From contig JBGQLU010000001.1 in the NCBI GenBank assembly GCA_041500265.1, positions 5,189 to 69,188 of the forward strand: a stretch of 64,000 nucleotides of DNA, in the 5' to 3' direction. Origin of the DNA: Acidobacteriota bacterium (GTDB lineage: Bacteria; Acidobacteriota; Polarisedimenticolia; Polarisedimenticolales; DASRJG01). The notes beneath the pieces were generated by a model. The model searched no databases and was not told where the DNA came from. It saw only the letters and a list, made by a program, of their open reading frames with translations. Numbering within the stretch: position 1 is the stretch's first letter; the number at the start of each line of letters is the position of its first letter. Shown piece by piece: positions 26,962-34,652 of this stretch. A program made the translations under genes and the position numbers.

Positions 26962-28205
26962 TGGCCACGCCGCAGCGGTTCCGGCCGCGGGCCCTGATGG
27001 GGCTCGTCCTCGCCGCTCTCGTCTCCGGCGGGAGAGTGCGAGCTCAGGAAAACCAGCTGCCGCCGCCGGCCGCGGTCGAAGGCATCCCGGCCGGACCTTG
27101 CTATCTGACCCCCTTCCTCGGTCTCGGCGTGTCGTACGAAACGAACCCCTTTTACCAGCCGGTGTCGAAGAGCGACGTGATCACGCGCGCCAACCTGGCC
27201 CTGGGCGCGATGTTCCCGTTCCACAAGAGCTACTTCCGCGTCGGTTACGACGGTCTGTTCCGCCGGTTTGCGCAGACGACCGTCACCAACACGGATTCGA
27301 GGGACGTGCTGGGTGAGCTGTCGCTCCTGTTCGGTACGTTCGACAGGCTCGTGGCCTTCGCGAACGAAACCTCCGGCGCCTCCGAAGCCCTCAAGTTCGA
27401 CGGCGGAGAAACGACCTACGACGGGACGCCGTTCCACTACGCTAACTACACCGTCGGCGCCGAGCGGGCCGTGCCGGGGCACCTCGGGTACCAGGCGACG
27501 GCCACGTGGAACCGATTGAATTTCGATCAGACGGACGTGAGCTTCTTCGAATTCCACGGCTACGATGCCACGCTCGACGCTCGCGTTCCCCTCTCGTCGG
27601 ACCTGTGGGTCGTCGCCGGCGCGGCGGTCCGCCGCTACGACCACGTCAGGGCGGACGATCCGACGAGATCGGTCTACAGGCAGGAACACTCGAACACGAT
27701 TCGCGGCGGGGTGGAAGGCATCCTGGCGAGCGGGAAGAGCTATCACGCGATACTCGGTTACGACGTCGCCCAATACCCGGGCGGCGCGGGTTCGGACTTC
27801 AAGGGGCTCGTGGCGGACGGCGCGATCGATCTCGAGGTCGGACCGTCCACGACAGTCTCGGTCTTCGCCAGCCGCCGCCGCTGGTCGTCGTTCTACGGCG
27901 ACAACAATTACTACCTCGCGAGCGTCGTGGGGTCGTCCGCCCTGCACCGCTGGTCGAGCGGAAGCGAGGTCGGCGGGACGCTCGAGGGAGGACAGTCCGT
28001 CTACCCGGATCCGGTGTCGATAGCCGCCGGCGGCCCGCGGCGCCGGGACCTGGTGTTCGGCGCGCGCGCGCACGGGACCTGGGCGTTCGCCCGTTACTGC
28101 GGACTTCGGCTCACCTACGAGGCTCAGTTCCGGCATAGCAACGCGACCGGGGTGGACTACGACGCGCAAACGTTCGGGCTGGAGCTGGTCTTCGGGTGGC
28201 GTTGA
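26961..28205 (+). CDS. outer-membrane beta-barrel protein (EpsL/BBP2-like, tentative)
   Basis: Starts at an internal ATG of ORF 26514..28205, overlapping the upstream stop by 1 nt. Signal peptide MATPQRFRPRALMGLVLAALVSGGRVRAQ. It shows alternating Tyr/Gly/Ser-rich strands and ends LELVFGWR. Confidence 0.55.
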   Translation: MATPQRFRPRALMGLVLAALVSGGRVRAQENQLPPPAAVEGIPAGPCYLTPFLGLGVSYETNPFYQPVSKSDVITRANLALGAMFPFHKSYFRVGYDGLFRRFAQTTVTNTDSRDVLGELSLLFGTFDRLVAFANETSGASEALKFDGGETTYDGTPFHYANYTVGAERAVPGHLGYQATATWNRLNFDQTDVSFFEFHGYDATLDARVPLSSDLWVVAGAAVRRYDHVRADDPTRSVYRQEHSNTIRGGVEGILASGKSYHAILGYDVAQYPGGAGSDFKGLVADGAIDLEVGPSTTVSVFASRRRWSSFYGDNNYYLASVVGSSALHRWSSGSEVGGTLEGGQSVYPDPVSIAAGGPRRRDLVFGARAHGTWAFARYCGLRLTYEAQFRHSNATGVDYDAQTFGLELVFGWR

Positions 28206-28242
28206 CCCCGCCGGGGCGCCCGGGCTGGCAAAAAGCGCGGTG

Positions 28243-28290
28243 TCTCCGTACCTTGACGGGGATACGGTGAATTTGGACCCCGTACGGAGA
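28243..28290 (+). repeat. 9-bp perfect inverted repeat TCTCCGTAC / GTACGGAGA with 30-nt spacer
   Basis: Read directly. The arms are at 28243-28251 and 28282-28290. The spacer contains GGGG...CCCC, a possible inner stem. The repeat ends 32 nt upstream of the carbamoyltransferase ATG. Confidence 0.75.
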
Positions 28291-28321
28291 ATCGCGTGCG
28301 GGGCGAGGTGACGGCGCGGCG

Positions 28322-30145
28322 ATGGGCTCGAAAATCCTGGGAATCTCGGCGTACTACCACGACAGCGCGGCCTGCCTCGTCGTGGACGGCCGCCTCGTCG
28401 CCGCGGCCCAGGAAGAGCGCTTCACCCGGAAGAAGCACGACTTCAACTTTCCGTCGAACGCCGCGGCGTACTGTCTTCGCGAGGGGGGGCTGGCCGATGC
28501 CAACGCCCTCGACTTCGTCGTCTTCTACGACAAGCCGCTCCTGAAGTTCGAGCGCCTGCTCGAGACCTACACGGCCACCGCCCCGTTCGGCATCCGGTCG
28601 TTCATCAAGGCGATGCCCCTCTGGTTGAAGAAGAAGCTGTGGATGAGCGAGGACATCGCCGACGAGCTCGATTACGACGGCAAGATCCTGTACACGGAGC
28701 ACCACGAGTCCCACGCGGCGAGCGCGTTCTTTCCGTCGCCGTTCGAGAAGGCGGCGATCCTGACGATCGACGGCGTGGGCGAATGGGCGACCGCGAGCGT
28801 GGGGATCGGGGAAGGAAACCGGATCCGGCTCCTCAAGGAGATCCACTTCCCGCATTCCCTGGGGCTGCTCTACTCGGCGTTCACCTACTTCACCGGGTTC
28901 AAGGTCAACAGCGGCGAGTACAAGCTCATGGGGCTGGCACCCTACGGCGAGCCGCGCTACGTGGACGCGATCCTCGGCCACCTGGTGGACCTCAGGGACG
29001 ACGGCTCGTTCAAGCTCAACATGAAGTACTTCGACTACTGCGCGGGCCTGACGATGACGAACCGGCGGTTCGAGAAGCTCTTCGACGGGCCGCCGCGTAG
29101 GGCCGAGGCGAAGCTCACGCAGCGCGAGATGGACCTCGCGGCGTCGATCCAGGTCGTCACCGAAAAGGCGATGTTGGGGATGGCGCGCTTCGCCCACGAG
29201 CAGACCGGTTGCGACAACCTGTGCCTGGCGGGCGGCGTCGCGCTCAACTGCGTCGGAAACGGCAAGATCCTCCGCGACGGCCCGTTCCGGAACGTGTGGA
29301 TCCAGCCCGCCGCGGGGGACGCGGGGGGCGCGCTGGGGGCCGCGCTGTTCGTCCATCATCAGCTCCTCGGAGGTCCCCGCGTCGTCGACGGCAAGCACGA
29401 TCTCCAGCGCGCCACGCTTCTGGGGCCGTCCTTCAGCGACGATGCGATCGGGACCTTCATCGCGGCGAACGGGATCAAGGCGCAGCGCATCGACGACGAG
29501 GCGGCGCTTTGCGACCGTGTCGCGGACCTGATGACCCGGGACGCCGTCGTCGGCTGGTTCCAAGGCCCCATGGAATTCGGGCCGCGCGCGCTCGGCGGCC
29601 GATCGATCATCGGCGACGCGCGAAGCCGTCAGATGCAGTCGGTGATGAACTTGAAGATCAAGTTCCGGGAGTCGTTCCGGCCGTTCGCCCCGTCCGTCAT
29701 GCGGGAGAAGCTCGCCGAGTACTTCGACATGGACGCGGACAGCCCCTACATGCTCCTGGTGGCGCCGGTGAGCGGGTCCAGGCGGCTGCCGGTGGACGAC
29801 AACGGCCACGTCGGCCTGGACAAGCTCAAGCAGATTCGCTCGGTGATCCCCGCGATCACCCACGTCGATTACTCGGCGCGGGTCCAGACGGTGTCCCGCG
29901 AGGACAACCCGCGGTACCACCGGCTCATCCAGAGCTTCTTCGAGAAGACCGGATGCCCGGTAATCGTCAACACGTCGTTCAACGTCCGGGGCGAGCCGAT
30001 CGTCTGCACGCCGGAGGACGCCTACCGCTGCTTCACCCGCACGAACATGGACTTTCTCGTGCTCGGCTCCTGGCTGATCGACAAGAAGGAACAGAACATC
30101 CCACCGATCGACACGTCGTGGATGAAGGAATTCGAGCTCGACTAG
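28322..30145 (+). CDS. carbamoyltransferase (NodU/CmcH family)
   Basis: 607 aa. Reads ILGISAYYHDSAACLVVDGRLVAAAQEERFTRKKHD, with a C-terminal carbamoyltransferase region. Confidence 0.9.
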   Translation: MGSKILGISAYYHDSAACLVVDGRLVAAAQEERFTRKKHDFNFPSNAAAYCLREGGLADANALDFVVFYDKPLLKFERLLETYTATAPFGIRSFIKAMPLWLKKKLWMSEDIADELDYDGKILYTEHHESHAASAFFPSPFEKAAILTIDGVGEWATASVGIGEGNRIRLLKEIHFPHSLGLLYSAFTYFTGFKVNSGEYKLMGLAPYGEPRYVDAILGHLVDLRDDGSFKLNMKYFDYCAGLTMTNRRFEKLFDGPPRRAEAKLTQREMDLAASIQVVTEKAMLGMARFAHEQTGCDNLCLAGGVALNCVGNGKILRDGPFRNVWIQPAAGDAGGALGAALFVHHQLLGGPRVVDGKHDLQRATLLGPSFSDDAIGTFIAANGIKAQRIDDEAALCDRVADLMTRDAVVGWFQGPMEFGPRALGGRSIIGDARSRQMQSVMNLKIKFRESFRPFAPSVMREKLAEYFDMDADSPYMLLVAPVSGSRRLPVDDNGHVGLDKLKQIRSVIPAITHVDYSARVQTVSREDNPRYHRLIQSFFEKTGCPVIVNTSFNVRGEPIVCTPEDAYRCFTRTNMDFLVLGSWLIDKKEQNIPPIDTSWMKEFELD

Positions 30146-30156
30146 GGGACCGGCTG

Positions 30157-30564
30157 ATGGCACGGAAGAAGTATTCGGAGGCGAGGGAGGCGCGGCGCTT
30201 CGGCGTGATCCTCGCGATCTTGCTGCTGGCCTTGGCGTCGTTCTCGCTGTGGCGGGGCCACATCGGCCGCGCCGGATCGGTGGCGGCGATCGCGGTTCTC
30301 TCGGTGGTGCTGCCGTTTATCGCGCCGAAGCTTTGGCTCGAGGCCTTCCGGCTCTGGATGAAGCTGGCCGAGGGGCTCTCGTGGGTGATGACGCGGGTGA
30401 TCCTGACCACCTTCTTCTACCTCGTGCTGACCCCGGTGGGTCTGTTCTTGCGCTTGATCCGAAACGACTTGCTCGACCGACGCTTCAGGGACGGCAGGCC
30501 GACGTACTGGAAGGACAAGGAACCCGTCGAACCGACGCTGGAACGCTACGCGAAGAGGTTCTGA
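30157..30564 (+). CDS. SxtJ-like small membrane protein
   Basis: Starts at an internal ATG of ORF 29209..30564. It is 135 aa with about 3 TM helices and the tail WKDKEPVEPTLERYAKRF. As I recall, this family typically follows this type of carbamoyltransferase. Confidence 0.65.
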   Translation: MARKKYSEAREARRFGVILAILLLALASFSLWRGHIGRAGSVAAIAVLSVVLPFIAPKLWLEAFRLWMKLAEGLSWVMTRVILTTFFYLVLTPVGLFLRLIRNDLLDRRFRDGRPTYWKDKEPVEPTLERYAKRF

Positions 30565-30576
30565 GGAGACGACACC

Positions 30577-30735
30577 ATGAGCCGTCTTTCGATCGTGGGG
30601 GAATTCTGGGACTTCCTGCGGCAGCGGAAAAAGCTCTGGCTGATGCCGATCGTCATGCTCCTGCTGGTCCTGGGGTTGGTGATCGTCCTGACGGCCAAGA
30701 GCGCTCTCGCGCCGTTCATCTACACGCTATTCTAG
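30577..30735 (+). CDS. DUF5989-like 52-aa single-TM protein
   Basis: This ORF is below the track's length cutoff. GGAG lies ~9 nt upstream of the ATG. It translates as MSRLSIVGEFWDFLRQRKKLWLMPIVMLLLVLGLVIVLTAKSALAPFIYTLF. Third-position GC is high in this frame. Confidence 0.6.
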   Translation: MSRLSIVGEFWDFLRQRKKLWLMPIVMLLLVLGLVIVLTAKSALAPFIYTLF

Positions 30736-30781
30736 GAGTCTGGCGGGCTCCGCTCCGGAGAGCGCAGCGAGGGGAGGGTTC

Positions 30782-32293
30782 GTGACGCCGCGGGCGGTCG
30801 CGTTCTGGATTGTGGCCGTCCTGATCGGCGCCGCGGCGCTCGCGTTCGGGGCCGTCGAGAACTGGTCGGGGGCGTGGCTTCGGTTCGGGGCCGCCGCGGC
30901 GTTCGCCGCCGCGGTCTGGAGCGACGACCCGCGCGAGCTGTTCCGCGGCCGCGCGTTCGTCGTCTCGCTGCCGGTGGCCCTGTTCATCGCCTGGGGCCTC
31001 GTTCAAAGCCTGCCGCTTCCACCGGCGGTCGTGCGCGTGCTCTCCCCGCGGACAGCGCGGATCCAGGCCGAGACGCTTCCAGCGGGGGGCGGAACGGCGC
31101 TGCCGTCGTTCCTGCTCGCGCAAGCCGAAAAGCGCGGGGTCACGATCGAGCCGGGGGCGACGTTGCCACCCGGGCCCGACGACCCGGGAAGCCGCCCCGC
31201 CCGATCGGGCCTGTCGGTCAATCCGGGCGCCACGCGGCGCGCCTGCCTCGCATGGCTCACCCCACTCCTCCTCATGTTGGCCGCGGAGCGGCTGTCGCGC
31301 GATTCCGCGACGAGGTACCGATTGCTCTGGGCTGTCGCAGGGTGGACAGGGGTGCTCGGCGCCATCGCCGTGGCCCAAAAGGTAGACTGGAACGGCCGCC
31401 TCCTGTGGATCCGGGAGTCGTCGTCCGATTCGGCGCCGCTCGGTCCGTTCGTCAACCCCAACCACTTCGCCGGCTACATCGAGCTCGGCGTTCTCGTCGT
31501 CTTCGGTCTCGTGCTGGCGATCCTCGGCGGGGCGGGCGCCGGTCCGTCCCGTGCGGACGTCCGTGCGGCGCTCCTGGACCGCGCCTGGGCCCTGCCCCGG
31601 CTGCTGATCCTCGGCTCGGCCGCTGTCCTCGGACTCTGCGGCTTGGTCCTCTCGGGCTCGCGCGGCGGCGCGATCTCCCTCTTCGCCGGGATCGTGGTTC
31701 TCCTGCCGTTCGGGCGGCTCCGGGCCTGGCTCCCGGCGGCGGTGGCCATCGTTTTGGCGGTCGGTTTGGCGGTGGGGCTTTCGAGCTGGCTCGGCCAGGA
31801 AGAGCGCACGCTCCAGACCGCGTTCTTCGCCGAGGGCACGAATGACCCTTCGCTCGCGGCACGATCGGACATCTGGGGCCGGACATGGCGCATTCTTCTC
31901 GATCACCCCGTGACGGGGACCGGCCTGGGGACGTTTCCATCGGCCTATGCGTCGTACGATCGTGAGGGGGAGTGGCTCGGCACCGCGCAGGCCCACAACG
32001 ACTACCTTCAGCTCGTCTCCGAGACCGGGGTGGTCGGCGTCGTGCTCCTGGCCTGGCTCGTGGCGGCGTTCGCGCTTCGAGTGCTCTTACCGGCGCTTCG
32101 TCCCGCGCACGGACGGCCTCGCTGGACCACGACGGCCTTGGCCGCGGCGGTCTTCGCCATGCTCGTGCATTCCATCCTCGACTTCAACATGCAAATCCCC
32201 GCCGTCGCGGCGCTCTTCGCCGTCATCGGCGGAATGCTGATCGCCGCGGCGGACGACCCCGCTCCGGCGAGCGACGCGAGCCCGACGGCGTGA
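30782..32293 (+). CDS. O-antigen ligase / Wzy_C-domain membrane protein
   Basis: 503 aa and polytopic, with at least 10 TM helices. It has the characteristic loop AQAHNDYLQLVSETGVVG. Confidence 0.8.
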   Translation: MTPRAVAFWIVAVLIGAAALAFGAVENWSGAWLRFGAAAAFAAAVWSDDPRELFRGRAFVVSLPVALFIAWGLVQSLPLPPAVVRVLSPRTARIQAETLPAGGGTALPSFLLAQAEKRGVTIEPGATLPPGPDDPGSRPARSGLSVNPGATRRACLAWLTPLLLMLAAERLSRDSATRYRLLWAVAGWTGVLGAIAVAQKVDWNGRLLWIRESSSDSAPLGPFVNPNHFAGYIELGVLVVFGLVLAILGGAGAGPSRADVRAALLDRAWALPRLLILGSAAVLGLCGLVLSGSRGGAISLFAGIVVLLPFGRLRAWLPAAVAIVLAVGLAVGLSSWLGQEERTLQTAFFAEGTNDPSLAARSDIWGRTWRILLDHPVTGTGLGTFPSAYASYDREGEWLGTAQAHNDYLQLVSETGVVGVVLLAWLVAAFALRVLLPALRPAHGRPRWTTTALAAAVFAMLVHSILDFNMQIPAVAALFAVIGGMLIAAADDPAPASDASPTA

Positions 32294-33378
32294 GGCCCGA
32301 AATCCTTTTGATCGCGGGGGCGCGCCCCAACTTCATGAAGATCGCGCCGATCGCGGCGGCGTTGCGCGACGACGGCCGCCTTGCCGGGGACATCGTCCAC
32401 ACCGAGCAACACTACGACCGCGTGATGTCCGAGTTGTTCTTCGAGCAGCTGGGGATCCCCGAGCCTAGGATCCGGCTCGGGGTCGGATCGGGAAGCCACG
32501 CGCGGCAGACGGCCGAAATCATGACGCGTCTCGAGCCGGTGCTGGTCGAACGCCGGCCGTCGGCGATCCTCGTGGTCGGTGACGTCAACTCCACGGTCGC
32601 CTCGGCCCTCGTCGCCGCGAAGCTCCGGATCCCCGTGGCCCACGTCGAGGCCGGGCTCAGGAGCTTCGATCGCACGATGCCGGAGGAGATCAACCGGATC
32701 CTCACCGACGCGATCTCCGACTGGTTGTTCGTCAGCGAGCGCAGCGGGCTCGAGAATCTGGCGCGCGAGGGTGTCGCCGCGAGCAAGGTGCACTTCGTCG
32801 GCAACGTCATGATCGACACGTTGCTCCGCTTCCGGGAGCGCGCCGCCGCGCTCGACATGCCGTCTCGGATGGGGGTGGCGCCACAGGCGTACGCCCTGAT
32901 GACGCTGCACCGGCCCGCGAACGTCGACGACCCGGCCACTTTGCGCGACTTGCTCGACCCGGTCTCGGAGTTGGGGGACAAGCTGCCCGTCTTCTTCCCC
33001 GTTCATCCTCGCACGGCCGAAACCCTCGCGCGCTCCGGACTCGAATTGGGGAAGGGGATCCGGCTCGTCGAGCCGCTGGGGTACCTGGAATTCCTGGGCT
33101 TGATGGCTTCGGCGCGCCTCGTGCTGACCGACTCGGGGGGCATTCAGGAGGAGACGACCGTGCTGGGCGTGCCGTGCGTCACGATGCGCGAGAATACCGA
33201 GCGGCCGGTCACCGTTCGGGAGGGGACGAACAGGTTGGCGGGGGTTCGCGCCGAGGGAATTCGGAACGCAATCCGCGAGGCCCTGGCTGCTCCCCGCCGA
33301 GCCGGCGCTCCCGAGCTGTGGGACGGCAAGGCTTCCGTTCGCATCGTGGAAGTCCTGGCCGCGGCGATGGGAGGCTGA
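32290..33378 (+). CDS. wecB: UDP-N-acetylglucosamine 2-epimerase (non-hydrolysing)
   Basis: Starts at a GTG overlapping the upstream stop (GTGA), in frame with track ORF 31972..33378. Reads ILLIAGARPNFMKIAP and HVEAGLRSFDRTMPEEINR. Confidence 0.9.
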   Translation: MRPEILLIAGARPNFMKIAPIAAALRDDGRLAGDIVHTEQHYDRVMSELFFEQLGIPEPRIRLGVGSGSHARQTAEIMTRLEPVLVERRPSAILVVGDVNSTVASALVAAKLRIPVAHVEAGLRSFDRTMPEEINRILTDAISDWLFVSERSGLENLAREGVAASKVHFVGNVMIDTLLRFRERAAALDMPSRMGVAPQAYALMTLHRPANVDDPATLRDLLDPVSELGDKLPVFFPVHPRTAETLARSGLELGKGIRLVEPLGYLEFLGLMASARLVLTDSGGIQEETTVLGVPCVTMRENTERPVTVREGTNRLAGVRAEGIRNAIREALAAPRRAGAPELWDGKASVRIVEVLAAAMGG

Positions 33379-33380
33379 AC

Positions 33381-34652
33381 GTGCGCTGGGCTTGGCGGAC
33401 CCTCCTCCTCGGATCGCTCCTGCTGCTGGGGGCGATGGCCTGGCGCGCGACCGCGTACGACCTCCAATTCCTGCAGGGTACGCGCGCCTATCGAGCCGAC
33501 CGCTATCGCGAGGCTCTCGAGAGGTTCGTGCGAGCCCGTGCGATTTCCGGCGCCGACTCCGCCGTCTGGGCTTGGATCGGAGACTCGGCCGTCGCCGTCT
33601 ACCGCAATCCGCCGCCGGGTGGGTGGGAAAAAGACAGGGCGGAGCGGCTGATGGAAACCGCCTGGGGCGGGTACGCGGGGGCCGTCCTGCGTTCGCCGCT
33701 CGATACGTGGTCGTGGAGCGGTCTCGCCGACGTGGCGCTCATCCGCGGCGAACGCCAAGACGCGGTGCTGGGCGTCGATTTGTCCGAGATCGACCGTCGG
33801 GGTCGAGGCGTCTTGGACGCGTGGCGCGGTGCGGCGCTGGTCAGCGCCAAGATCGCCGTCGAGCTGAAGCCTTCGGGGTATCGGGAGCTGGACGTCGTGA
33901 CGACCGTGTACACCTCCACGGCGCAGCTCGACGCCGCGCGCGACGCCGTCGTTCGCTCCGCGCGAATCTTGCCCGCGCCCTCGTTTCACACGTGGGGCGG
34001 CGGCGACCCGCTCGTCAAACGGCTCTACGATGCGATCATGCCCGCCCTACGCGAGGGCCTGGGGCGAGCGCCGACCTTCGAGAGGAGCGGGCTCCACCTC
34101 GACATCGGCCGGTTCGCGATGGATCAGCGCGAGCTCGCCGACGCGCTGGTCGAGATGAGCGCCGCCGAGGCGTCCGCCGCGAATTACTACGAGCGTTACC
34201 ACGCCCAACGCGGAAAGGCTCAGGTCCTGGAAGCGATGGGCCGGATCGACGAGGCGATCGCTGTGTGGGACGCCGTCCTTCGTTCCGTGCTGGCCGTCCC
34301 CGCCGACAGGCAGCAACGCGGCGTCCTGCTCTACCGGGCGAACCGAAAGAAGGACGCCTGTCGGGACCTTCGTGAGGTTGTCCGCGACAATCCGAACGAC
34401 GGGAACGGGCGGACGTTCGCCGCCGTCGCCTGCGAGGAAGCGGGGGATATCGAGACGGCGGAGCGACTGTTGCGGGAGGGCTTCATCGTGCCCACCGACA
34501 GCACGACGCTGGCCCGCGGGCTCATCGATTTCTATCTTCGCACCGGAAGAAGGAACGTGGCGGATGGGCTGGTTCAAGCTTGGACGCGCGACTATCCCGA
34601 GCGCGAGGAGTTCCGTCGCTGGGCGCAGGAACTCGACGCGGCCGCCCAATGA
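33381..34652 (+). CDS. membrane-anchored helical-repeat (TPR-like) protein, function unknown
   Basis: Starts at a GTG 2 nt after the wecB stop, in frame with ORF 33174..34652. It has the N-terminal anchor RTLLLGSLLLLGAMAW and TPR-like segments (RYREALERFVRA, GKAQVLEAMGRIDEAIAVWD, ETAERLLREG). Confidence 0.5.
   Translation: MRWAWRTLLLGSLLLLGAMAWRATAYDLQFLQGTRAYRADRYREALERFVRARAISGADSAVWAWIGDSAVAVYRNPPPGGWEKDRAERLMETAWGGYAGAVLRSPLDTWSWSGLADVALIRGERQDAVLGVDLSEIDRRGRGVLDAWRGAALVSAKIAVELKPSGYRELDVVTTVYTSTAQLDAARDAVVRSARILPAPSFHTWGGGDPLVKRLYDAIMPALREGLGRAPTFERSGLHLDIGRFAMDQRELADALVEMSAAEASAANYYERYHAQRGKAQVLEAMGRIDEAIAVWDAVLRSVLAVPADRQQRGVLLYRANRKKDACRDLREVVRDNPNDGNGRTFAAVACEEAGDIETAERLLREGFIVPTDSTTLARGLIDFYLRTGRRNVADGLVQAWTRDYPEREEFRRWAQELDAAAQ

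Noticed and set aside
28226-28240. Sigma-54-like TGGCA...GC element (CTGGCAAAAAGCGCGG) upstream of the carbamoyltransferase gene
   Set aside because: The spacing between the GG and GC dinucleotides does not fit the -24/-12 consensus (GG-N10-GC). There is no TTGC, and no enhancer-binding protein gene is nearby.
24295-30163. Long minus-strand ORFs 24295..26913 (872 aa), 26742..28169 (475 aa) and 28157..30163 (668 aa)
   Set aside because: They lie antisense to the bi-domain oxidoreductase, barrel protein and carbamoyltransferase genes, all of which have clear family motifs. The antisense translations are Arg/Gly/Asp/Pro-rich with no motifs.
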